Source: Candidatus Micrarchaeota archaeon (GTDB lineage: Archaea; Micrarchaeota; Micrarchaeia; Anstonellales; JAHKLY01). From it: a stretch of DNA of 64,000 nucleotides. Location: NCBI GenBank assembly GCA_020854825.1, contig JAHKLY010000001.1:210483-274482 (forward strand), read 5' to 3'. A program made the position numbers and the translations under genes. The notes beneath the pieces were generated by a model. That model had not been told where the DNA came from, ran no database searches, and saw only the letters and a program-made list of their open reading frames with translations. Shown in pieces: positions 38,001 through 46,906 of the stretch; the stretch's first letter is position 1, and each line of letters starts with the position of its first letter.

Positions 38001-39062
38001 ATGCAAAAAGAAATACTTTCAACCTTACAAGCTTTAAAAAAAGCTTTAGAAACAAGTCCAGAAGATGTAGTGGTTGAATTATTAGAAATGGTTATAAAAA
38101 CTACAAATGCAGACACAGCTAGATTATGGATTGAAGACCCTGAAAAAAGAGATTATGTTAAATGTGTAGCAAGTGTTCCAATTGATTATGAAAAATGGAA
38201 AAAAATTAAAGAATTACGAGTAAGAAAATCTTTAAAAATTGTGAGTGATTCTTTGAAAAATCCAGCAAAGGTTTATGAAAAATTGATCAATGGAAATTCA
38301 AAAACAAAAGATAGTTATGCTAAAGTAACAGAACAAAAAGGAGTAAATTTAGTATGTGGTATTGAATTAGGAGGAAAACATAATACTGGATTAATAGCAA
38401 TTGATTTTGGAGAAAAACAAGTTTCTAAACAAGAGTTGGTACATGCAAAAGAAGCATTAGAAACTTCAACTACTTTAATTGGTTTATTATTTACAAATGA
38501 GAATTGGTTGACGAATTTAGAAAAATTATCCAAAATGGATGAATTAACAAGAATATATAATGTTAGAGAATATAGAACACAATTAGATAGTGAGATAAAT
38601 AAAAGAAAAAAAGGAAAAGATAAAAGTCCATTATTTTTAGCTGAATTTGATATTGATGATTTTAAACAAATAAATGATAATTATGAAAGTCATGTTGTGG
38701 GAGATATAGTTTTAGAAAGATTAGGGAAAAGAATAACAAAATTTATTGATGATAATAATCTTTCTGAATTTATGCATGCATATAGGAGAGGAGGAGACGA
38801 ATTTGCTATACTAATATGGGCTAAAAATAGAAATGAATGCAGAGATATTATATCAGAGTTATTTAAAAATTTAACAAGGAATATGAGTATAAAAAGAGAA
38901 AAAGAAACATTAACCATTCCTATAAGTATAAGTATGGGTTGTGGTATGTTTGAAGATAGATATACTTCTCAAGATTTTAAAAATACAATTGATGCACGAG
39001 TATATTATGCTAAAAAAACAGGTAAAAATAAAATTATAGGTCAAAAAGAACACAATATTTAA
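38001..39062 (+). CDS. Diguanylate cyclase (GAF-like sensor plus GGDEF)
   Basis: DELTRIYN, DIDDFKQINDNYESHVVGD, RRGGDEFAI, SISMG, YYAKKTGKN. Confidence 0.92.
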   Translation: MQKEILSTLQALKKALETSPEDVVVELLEMVIKTTNADTARLWIEDPEKRDYVKCVASVPIDYEKWKKIKELRVRKSLKIVSDSLKNPAKVYEKLINGNSKTKDSYAKVTEQKGVNLVCGIELGGKHNTGLIAIDFGEKQVSKQELVHAKEALETSTTLIGLLFTNENWLTNLEKLSKMDELTRIYNVREYRTQLDSEINKRKKGKDKSPLFLAEFDIDDFKQINDNYESHVVGDIVLERLGKRITKFIDDNNLSEFMHAYRRGGDEFAILIWAKNRNECRDIISELFKNLTRNMSIKREKETLTIPISISMGCGMFEDRYTSQDFKNTIDARVYYAKKTGKNKIIGQKEHNI

Positions 39063-39520
39063 TAAGTACGTTTTAATGCTTTCATGACTTTTGTTATTTG
39101 TTTAAAAGAGGATTCAACTTTTTTGGTATACATTTCTTCAAGTGAAATATTTAATTCATTATTTTCAGGTAAGGACCCGGTTATAAAATAATATTTTCTT
39201 TGTTTTGAATCAATTAGACCTTTATTTTTTAATTGTAATAAATGATATCTAACTGCTTTTGGATTTGGTTCTTCTTTTTTATTTTTTTCAAGTTCATCTA
39301 GTATGTTATGGATATCTGGATTTTTATTTTTAAAGTGGAAATGCAACAGAACTTCTAATATATCTAACATTAAAGTTCTTGTTTCATTTGGGGAGATTAA
39401 TCCTAAAGATAATGCTAACCATCTAACCATCGCTTTTCTAGTTAGTAAAACATCTTGAGAAATTTTAATATCTCTCAAAACAATTTCATCTTTTATTAAT
39501 TCTGCTTCTGGAAATCCCAT
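39059..39520 (-). CDS. Winged-helix domain protein
   Basis: SLGLISPNETR; PKAVRYHLLQLKNKGLI HTH. Confidence 0.7.
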   Translation of the reverse strand: MGFPEAELIKDEIVLRDIKISQDVLLTRKAMVRWLALSLGLISPNETRTLMLDILEVLLHFHFKNKNPDIHNILDELEKNKKEEPNPKAVRYHLLQLKNKGLIDSKQRKYYFITGSLPENNELNISLEEMYTKKVESSFKQITKVMKALKRTY

Positions 39521-39579
39521 AAAAACCAAAAATCTTTTTCCCTTAAGATATTTAAACTTATTGTGAATAATTACAATTA

Positions 39580-39954
39580 ATGACTAATAAATTATTATCA
39601 ATCAAAGCATCTTTTTTTCCGATTAGACTTATTGCATATACACAAAATGATGTTGAAATTGAAGTAACAATTCAAAATAATACCGAAGATATTTATTGGA
39701 CAGAATGTGACGTAGAACTTCCAGAGGCTATTTCATTATCAAAAGATAAAAAATTAATAAAAGGAAGAAGCAGAGTAGGAATAGTTGGTCCTGATGCTAG
39801 TGTAACAAAGCGCATAAAGATATATGGTAGAGAAAGTTCTTATCCAGATCTTTATACCATAAAATTAACTGCATATGGTTTTGATCAGGAAGGAAAGATT
39901 CAAACCCATTCAAATAAAAGTGTTAAATTACGATGCGAAAAATTAGATCATTAA
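39580..39954 (+). CDS. Hypothetical Ig-like beta-sandwich protein
   Basis: All-beta pattern IEVTIQN...YTIKLTAY. Confidence 0.55.
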   Translation: MTNKLLSIKASFFPIRLIAYTQNDVEIEVTIQNNTEDIYWTECDVELPEAISLSKDKKLIKGRSRVGIVGPDASVTKRIKIYGRESSYPDLYTIKLTAYGFDQEGKIQTHSNKSVKLRCEKLDH

Positions 39955-39968
39955 AAAGAGGTTGTTAA

Positions 39969-40526
39969 ATGGCAAAGAAAAATAAAAAAGTTTCAAACTC
40001 ATTCATGATTTTAATATGTGTTTTCTTTTCAGTCTTCGTATTTTTATCATATTTATCGTTTATTGACAATGTAAAAACAGAAATAGTAGAAAGTGAACTT
40101 ATTGAAGGATCTAAAGAATATACTTGTAATTGTGAAACTTTATCCTTAGGTGCAGCAGTTAATTTTTATTATAATTCTTCTTATTCTGGTCTTGCGTTAA
40201 CTAATACGTTTTTATTTTATATTTTATTTATGGTTTTAGGATATTCCTGCTTTAGAGAAAAATTAGATTATAAAACAACTTTAAAGTATGCAGGTTTAGG
40301 AGCAATTATTGCAGTTATATTGATTTCTATATACATGATAAATTTTGAAAATGTTTTGGTAAATATGGAAACATATTATCCAATGAAATATTGTGTTGAA
40401 CAATGTAATTGGCATTTTAATGTATTATTAGATGGATATATTGTTCCTATGATTGGCGCAATAATATTGGCATTAATCTGGTCAACATTGGGTTTTGGAA
40501 TTGCTAAATATAAATCAAAAATTTAA
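39969..40526 (+). CDS. Hypothetical membrane protein
   Basis: Four hydrophobic helices with extracellular Cys. Confidence 0.65.
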   Translation: MAKKNKKVSNSFMILICVFFSVFVFLSYLSFIDNVKTEIVESELIEGSKEYTCNCETLSLGAAVNFYYNSSYSGLALTNTFLFYILFMVLGYSCFREKLDYKTTLKYAGLGAIIAVILISIYMINFENVLVNMETYYPMKYCVEQCNWHFNVLLDGYIVPMIGAIILALIWSTLGFGIAKYKSKI

Positions 40527-42271
40527 AAAGAATAATAATAATCTCCTTTTTGTTTTTGTTCTCTGTCTAAAGCGCTGTCTTGTTTATTTATTCTTGGTCT
40601 TAAAGTATCTTTGTCTCTGCGCATAGTTATATTCATGCTTTTTAAGAATTGATTCATACCTTGTTTTTTCTTTAAAGGTGCGCTTGCATTTCCTTGTGTA
40701 CTGCTTTCACCGTCAAAAATCATTAATCTATCTGAAATTAGATCAATCAAAACAATATCATGGTCAACAACAAAAGCGCTTTTTGTTTCTGAATTTCCAA
40801 TAACACTTCTTATTAAATGAACAAAATGTAATCTTTGCTCAATATCTAAAAATGCAGAAGGTTCGTCAAATAAATAGATATCTGCTTCTTGTGATAAAGT
40901 TAACGTAATTGCAACTCTTTGCAACTCTCCTCCGCTTAATTGAGATAAAAATCTATCCATTAATTTTTCAATTCCTAATCTTCTTTGAGCTTCTTTGAAA
41001 ATAAAATTATCTAATTTTTTAGATTCAAATAATTCTCTTACTTGCATATCTTCTTCTACTCTTACATATTGAGGTTTATATGCAATTTTCAAATCCATAT
41101 CATATTCAGTATTTTCTGGTTTTTCTACTCCTGCTAGCATTTTAATAAATAAAGTTTTTCCAATAGCATTCCTACCTAAAATTCCGACTGTTTCTCCTAA
41201 ATATATTTGTCCTTTTTCACTTTTAAAATTAAAATTTTCAAAAGATTTTTCAAATTCAGGATATTCAATTCCTACTACTGATTTTTTAGTATCTGAAGCA
41301 GATCGTTTTTCAAATGTAATTTCATAATTTCTAAATCTAACATTTTCATCTTTTAAATATCCTTGTAAATATTCATTTACTCCTAATCTTGCAGCTTTTA
41401 TATTAGATATGATACCATATGCATTTTCTGTTCCGTAAAATACATTTACGTGGTCACACATATAATCTAATAATGCCATATCATGCTCAATTACAACTAC
41501 TTTTTTTGTTTTGCTTAATTCTTTTATTTTTGTAGATATTGACATTCTTTGTTCTATATCAAGATAAGAAGCAGGTTCATCAAAATAATATATATCTGCT
41601 TTTTTCATATATGCAGCAGCAATTGCTATTCTTTGCAACTCTCCTCCGCTTAATTTACTTACTTCCCTATTAATTATTTTATCTAATTGAAATTCTTTAA
41701 TTGCTTCTTTTAAATTTTCTCCATCTACTTTACTTAAAAGTTCTTTTACAGTTCCTTTGAAAACATCAGATATTTTATCAACATGTTGTGGTTTATGAGA
41801 TACTTCTATTTCTCCTATTTTTAAAGATTTGAAATATGCTTGTTGAATAATAGACATTTTTTCTATTGCTAGATCTAATGTATACTCTTTTTCATATTCT
41901 CCAAAATTCGGGATTATTTGTTTTGATAAAATCTTTAATGCAGTTGATTTTCCTATCCCATTTTTTCCAATTAATCCTAATACTCCTTCTCTAGGTAAGG
42001 GTAATTTATATAATCTAAATGAGTTAGCACCATATTGATAGATTGGTTCTCCTATTTCTTCTGCTAAATTAATGATTTCTATTGCACCTTCTGGGCATTT
42101 ATTCGCGCATATTCCACAGCCAGTACATAGTTCTTCTGATATTTCTGGATATTCGTCTTCTCCTATTGTAACTGTTTCTTCACCCATTCTAACTCCTGGG
42201 CAGAATTTCTGGCATATGTACCCGCACACTTTTTTGGTACATTTAGTTTTATCAATAATTGCAAGTCTCAT
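40523..42271 (-). CDS. rli1: Ribosome recycling ATPase ABCE1/Rli1
   Basis: N-terminal 2x[4Fe-4S] Cys motifs, two ABC domains (GKNGIGKS, LSGGELQR twice), RPRINK. Confidence 0.97.
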   Translation of the reverse strand: MRLAIIDKTKCTKKVCGYICQKFCPGVRMGEETVTIGEDEYPEISEELCTGCGICANKCPEGAIEIINLAEEIGEPIYQYGANSFRLYKLPLPREGVLGLIGKNGIGKSTALKILSKQIIPNFGEYEKEYTLDLAIEKMSIIQQAYFKSLKIGEIEVSHKPQHVDKISDVFKGTVKELLSKVDGENLKEAIKEFQLDKIINREVSKLSGGELQRIAIAAAYMKKADIYYFDEPASYLDIEQRMSISTKIKELSKTKKVVVIEHDMALLDYMCDHVNVFYGTENAYGIISNIKAARLGVNEYLQGYLKDENVRFRNYEITFEKRSASDTKKSVVGIEYPEFEKSFENFNFKSEKGQIYLGETVGILGRNAIGKTLFIKMLAGVEKPENTEYDMDLKIAYKPQYVRVEEDMQVRELFESKKLDNFIFKEAQRRLGIEKLMDRFLSQLSGGELQRVAITLTLSQEADIYLFDEPSAFLDIEQRLHFVHLIRSVIGNSETKSAFVVDHDIVLIDLISDRLMIFDGESSTQGNASAPLKKKQGMNQFLKSMNITMRRDKDTLRPRINKQDSALDREQKQKGDYYYSF

Positions 42272-42301
42272 ACAATTCTTTTCTAGCTATGTTTTTTTAA
42301 A

Positions 42302-42925
42302 TTAAACCCTACTAGAGGGACAGAGGTTATTTAATTTACATTCTTTACATTTTGGTCTTCTTGCAATACAAATTTTTCTTCCATGTAAAATAAGTGCAAT
42401 TGAAATAAAACTCCAATCTTTTTTATCAAATACGTTTATTAAATCTTTTTCAATTTTTTCAGGATTTTTATTTTTAGTAAAACCTAGTAGATTAGATAAA
42501 CGAGTTACGTGTGTATCTACAACTATACCTTGAGTTTTATTAAAAAAAGATTGTAAAACAACATTTGCTGTTTTTCTTCCAACTCCTGGTAATTTAGTTA
42601 AATTTATCATATTGTTTGGTATTTTTCCATTAAATTCTTTAACCACTGTTTGAGCCATTGATTTTAGTCGTTTAGCTTTTGTTTTATAATATCCAGAGGA
42701 ATAAATTAATTTTTCTAATTCATCTAATTTTGTATTTGCTAATTTTTTAACATTTGGATATTTTTTAAAAAGCGCAGGAGTTATTTTATTAATTTGAACA
42801 TCGGTAGCTTGCGCAGATAACATAGTTGCGACTAATAATTGATAAGCGTTTTTATGCTTAAGCGCTGTTTTTGCTTCTGGATATTCTTTTTTTAAGATTT
42901 TTATTATTTTTTCATGTTTTTTCAT
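42302..42925 (-). CDS. nth: Endonuclease III
   Basis: LSAQATD, HhH LPGVGRKTAN, VDTHV, CIARRPKCKEC...C. Confidence 0.95.
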   Translation of the reverse strand: MKKHEKIIKILKKEYPEAKTALKHKNAYQLLVATMLSAQATDVQINKITPALFKKYPNVKKLANTKLDELEKLIYSSGYYKTKAKRLKSMAQTVVKEFNGKIPNNMINLTKLPGVGRKTANVVLQSFFNKTQGIVVDTHVTRLSNLLGFTKNKNPEKIEKDLINVFDKKDWSFISIALILHGRKICIARRPKCKECKLNNLCPSSRV

Positions 42926-43985
42926 ATTGTTCTTCTCCAAAATGTTTAAAACATGTATTATACCAATGACTTTCTTTATCAATATTTTTACAAATTGTTA
43001 GATTATTTTTATTTCTTGCTAAAGTGTATATACATGCATTTCTTGCTGATCCATAATCACAAATAGATACATTATTCATTATTTTTGCAAGAGAATTATA
43101 ACAACTATCTTTACTATAATCTGTTATTTTATTACAAATACTTACATTTTGTTGTTTTTCTGCAACTCTTGAATAACATACGTTTTTATAAAACTCAATT
43201 TCTTCACAAATACTATCGTTTCCTGAATTTACCGCCAAATTTAAATAACATTTTTCAATATCTAATCTATTAGTTGTTAAATTTAAATTTTGACAATAAA
43301 CAATATGTTCTGGTAAATATATCGAATTACTTATACAATATTCATATTCTTCGCCTTTCAAATAATTACAAAAACTAATATTTTTATTATTTAAAGCAAG
43401 AGTAGCATAACAATCTTTTTTTCTATAGTTACTTAAATTATGGCAATATACAATATGTTCCTTTTTGAAAACATTTTGTATTATGCAGTATTCTTCATTT
43501 TCTAAAAGATGGCAATATTTTGGATTTTTAACTGTTTTATAATCAAAAGTTATATGACAAGGCATTTCTTGTGTTTTATATTTTTCTTCTAAATCATTAT
43601 TTTTACATTCTGATCCATTTGTGTGAACACATCTTACAATCGTACCTAATTCAAAAGAATTATTATTATAATGTATAATTAATGAATAATTTGAACTGCT
43701 AACCGTTCCCCAACAAACTTGTATTCCTCCGGGGATAAAATCGTAATATGGTGAATAAGAGATATTTTCTAAAGTTGTTTCCTGGATTTTAATTTGCGTG
43801 TTGTTTTTAAAATAATTATCTAATGTTTTTTGCGCGCTTAAATTATATGTTTCATTACTAATCTCTTTTATCGGAAAATTTTTAGATAACCTGTATTTAT
43901 CATCTGCTGTTCTATCATAGAATATACACCCAAATAAAAATAGTAAAACAAATCCACAATATATTATTTTTTTATAGTTTTTCAT
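42912..43985 (-). CDS. Cys-repeat surface lipoprotein-like protein
   Basis: LFLFGC lipobox-like signal; tandem ~25-aa repeats CY..A....N.SIC. Confidence 0.75.
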   Translation of the reverse strand: MKNYKKIIYCGFVLLFLFGCIFYDRTADDKYRLSKNFPIKEISNETYNLSAQKTLDNYFKNNTQIKIQETTLENISYSPYYDFIPGGIQVCWGTVSSSNYSLIIHYNNNSFELGTIVRCVHTNGSECKNNDLEEKYKTQEMPCHITFDYKTVKNPKYCHLLENEEYCIIQNVFKKEHIVYCHNLSNYRKKDCYATLALNNKNISFCNYLKGEEYEYCISNSIYLPEHIVYCQNLNLTTNRLDIEKCYLNLAVNSGNDSICEEIEFYKNVCYSRVAEKQQNVSICNKITDYSKDSCYNSLAKIMNNVSICDYGSARNACIYTLARNKNNLTICKNIDKESHWYNTCFKHFGEEQYEKT

Positions 43986-43993
43986 AATCTCAC

Positions 43994-44326
43994 TTATTCC
44001 TCAATAATTTTATAATCAGTAGAATCCATGCCTAATTTTTCAGCTTCTTCTACTTGTTTTAAACCTGTTTTTTTATTGTATTTAAGAAAAACGTCCTCTC
44101 CTGAGTTTTCTATAATCAATTTATGCGCAGCATGGCCTATTGATACTATGTCTGAACTTAATAATATGCCAATATTTTGTGCTATTATATCTCCAGGATT
44201 GTCTTCACAATCACATTTTTTAGTAATATTTTTAACATATGAAATACAATAGGATTTTTTAAAATTAGAATATGCAGCATTTGCACCTTCTGCTAATAAT
44301 GTATCAAAATAATATACTTCAGACAT
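43994..44326 (-). pseudogene. DUF362 Fe-S protein remnant (internal deletion)
   Basis: N-terminal MSEVYYF joined directly to C-terminal NITKKCDC...IGILLSSDIVSI...QVEEAEKLGM; core apparently missing. Confidence 0.6.
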
Positions 44327-44351
44327 TAAATTACCTATTGGTTTGAATTCC

Positions 44352-44398
44352 ATCGTCAAACTTTACTATTATTTTGACGATACACAAAGTAAACTTTA
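44352..44398. repeat. 47-bp direct repeat copy 1 containing palindrome ATCGTCAAA-N12-TTTGACGAT
   Basis: ATCGTCAAACTTTACTATTATTTTGACGATACACAAAGTAAACTTTA; ends 1 bp from the ATPase stop codon. Confidence 0.85.
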
Positions 44399-44399
44399 A

Positions 44400-45641
44400 T
44401 TATAAATTAATTGCCCATTTATAAAATGGAATAACATTAATTCCATTTATCTTTTTTTCTTCATTCCATGTTATTATATATTTATTTTTTGCCTTTATTT
44501 TATTTAATGCATTAACCTCTCTTTCAGTAGCTCCATTAAGTTCATAACAAACCTGAACTGCAGTGTTTTTATAATAAAAATCAATTTCATAACCATTTTT
44601 TTGATAATATGGAGTTATTCCATTAAATAATAAATGAAGAAAAACTGCGTTTTCTAATCTTTTATCCACATCCTTCATAAATAAAAATCCCTTCGCTTCT
44701 ATTAGACCATTATCTATACAATACACTTTTTTCGGATTCACACTTTGTTGTTTTAATGAAAAAGCAAACATTTTAACAAATAAAAACAAATATGTTTCTT
44801 GAAAATATGAAGAAAATCTTTCGATTGTATCGTGGGATACTTTCATAAATTTTGAGATTCTATTAAATACATGAAGGTTTGCAGTATTACTTAAATAATA
44901 TATGGCAAGTTCATTTAATTTATCAAATTCTTTTATTTTGTACCTTGAAATTATATCTCTATTTATTAAATCTAAAAAATAAGTTTCAAGAATTATTTTT
45001 TTTTCATTAGATAATACAATTTTTGGAAATCCTCCCCATTTTAAATATTCTTTTGTTTCATTTAAAATTTCATTTTTCTTAAAGATTAATTCATTTTTTT
45101 CTCCTGTTAAAATTCCCTTAAAATTAAGAAATTCCTTTAAGTCTAAAGGATAAACAGTCATATTAATATGTCTCCCTGTGAGCAGTGTTCCATATTCTTT
45201 ACTTATAAAATTAGAAACTGAAGCAGTGATTATAATTGTTTCATAATCTCCTTTTTCATGAATAGAACGCACAAATTTTTCCCAACCCGAAATTTTTTGT
45301 ACTTCATCTAAAAAAAGATAAGTTTTATTTTTTGGATTTATATTTATTTTATATGTTTCATATATTTTGTGTAAAAATTCAAGATTTAAATTTAAAAATC
45401 TTGATTCTTCAAAATTTATATACAAAATTTTTTTTGTCTCTTTTTTTGATAAAGAATTAATGAACTGTTTTATTAATGTGCTTTTACCTGATCTTCTTGG
45501 CCCCGTAATTGTTACTATCTGCCCTGTTTTTGATAATTTTTTAAGTTTTTTTAAATATTTTAGTCTTGGGACTCCACTGTCTATCTTATTTTTCCAAGGG
45601 TTCCATTCATATAGTATTTCTAAAATTTTATTTTCTTTCAT
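44400..45641 (-). CDS. AAA_14 ATPase with DUF4143 (nuclease-like) C-terminus
   Basis: EWNPW, GPRRSGKS, FLDEVQ, LLTGR, GGFP, PKKVYCIDNG, LENAVF, EIDF, QV. Confidence 0.9.
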   Translation of the reverse strand: MKENKILEILYEWNPWKNKIDSGVPRLKYLKKLKKLSKTGQIVTITGPRRSGKSTLIKQFINSLSKKETKKILYINFEESRFLNLNLEFLHKIYETYKININPKNKTYLFLDEVQKISGWEKFVRSIHEKGDYETIIITASVSNFISKEYGTLLTGRHINMTVYPLDLKEFLNFKGILTGEKNELIFKKNEILNETKEYLKWGGFPKIVLSNEKKIILETYFLDLINRDIISRYKIKEFDKLNELAIYYLSNTANLHVFNRISKFMKVSHDTIERFSSYFQETYLFLFVKMFAFSLKQQSVNPKKVYCIDNGLIEAKGFLFMKDVDKRLENAVFLHLLFNGITPYYQKNGYEIDFYYKNTAVQVCYELNGATEREVNALNKIKAKNKYIITWNEEKKINGINVIPFYKWAINL

Positions 45642-45699
45642 TTTAACACCGAATTATTTTACTTCATGACTTATATTATCTAAAAAGATTTATATTCCT

Positions 45700-45746
45700 A
45701 TCGTCAAGATATAACTATACTTTGACGATACATAAGGCAAACTTTA
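45700..45746. repeat. 47-bp direct repeat copy 2 containing palindrome ATCGTCAAG-N12-TTTGACGAT
   Basis: ATCGTCAAGATATAACTATACTTTGACGATACATAAGGCAAACTTTA; immediately upstream of the ATPase TATA-like element. Confidence 0.85.
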
Positions 45747-45817
45747 TCATGTTAATAAGAACTATCTGATTATTAAAAACACATTATTTTTAAAGGCGCG
45801 TTGTCTAAATAAATTAT

Positions 45818-46855
45818 ATGAGAATTATTCACCAAGACAGAAAAACAGGAGAAATTAAACTTATGCCTGAAAATTTAGATGATCTGTGGCATTTAGATAA
45901 GATTATTGAAGATGGAGATATATTAGAAGCGCGGTCATATCGTGTTTATAAGCCCACAGAAGATTCTAAAGGTGAGCGCAAGCCAATTACTGTTAAAATA
46001 AAAGGTGAAAAAATTGAATTTTCAAAATATGGTAATTCTTTAAGAGTTACTGGAAAAATAGTAAATGGTAGCCCAGAAGAATTTGTTCAAATAGGTAGTT
46101 ATCATACAATAAATGTAGAGATAGAAAACCCACTTAAAATAATAAAAGAAAAATGGCAAAAATATCAAATAGATAGGCTGCAAAAAGCTGTTTCTGAAAC
46201 AAAAAGGCCCAAATTAGGAATAATTTTATTAGATAATGAAAAAGCATTAGTATCTTATTTGAAAGGATATGGAGTAGAACATTCACATGAAATATATTCT
46301 GGAAGATCTAAGAGAGATAAAAATCCAGAAGAAAAACTAAATCAATTTTATGCAGAGTTAATGAAACAAATAGAACATATAGATGCTGAAAAAATTATTA
46401 TCGCTGGACCAGGTTTTGCAAAAGAAGAGTTAAAAGAACATATCCAACAAAAATATCCTAATTTATTAAAAAAATTAATATTTGAAAAAGCATCAAGTGC
46501 AGAAAGAAGTGCAATAAAAGAATTAATGACTTCTGGTGCTATTTCACAAGCCATAGGGGAGCATCAAATAGAAAAAGAAAGTTTATTAGTTGAAAAATTA
46601 AAGGAACATTTAGGTAAAGGGACAGGATTAGCTATTTATGGATTTAAAGAAATTGAAACAGCATTAGAATGTAAAGCTGTTTCTCAAGTATTAGTTATTG
46701 ATGATTTAATAAGACAAAAACCAGAAATAAAACAAATATTAGAAAAAGCAGAACAAAACAAGGTAGAAATAGAGATATTTTCTTCTGAAAGCGACCCAGG
46801 GCATGAATTGAAAGGATTTGGAGGATTTGCTGCTTTTTTATACTATAAAATCTAA
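45818..46855 (+). CDS. pelA: Pelota (Dom34) ribosome rescue factor
   Basis: PENLDDLWHL, LRVTGKI, GSYHT, AGPGFAK, LKGFGGFAA. Confidence 0.96.
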   Translation: MRIIHQDRKTGEIKLMPENLDDLWHLDKIIEDGDILEARSYRVYKPTEDSKGERKPITVKIKGEKIEFSKYGNSLRVTGKIVNGSPEEFVQIGSYHTINVEIENPLKIIKEKWQKYQIDRLQKAVSETKRPKLGIILLDNEKALVSYLKGYGVEHSHEIYSGRSKRDKNPEEKLNQFYAELMKQIEHIDAEKIIIAGPGFAKEELKEHIQQKYPNLLKKLIFEKASSAERSAIKELMTSGAISQAIGEHQIEKESLLVEKLKEHLGKGTGLAIYGFKEIETALECKAVSQVLVIDDLIRQKPEIKQILEKAEQNKVEIEIFSSESDPGHELKGFGGFAAFLYYKI

Positions 46856-46906
46856 GTGTATTACAGACGGAATAGATTTAAAAAGTATAACTTCTCTTAT
46901 ATTTAT

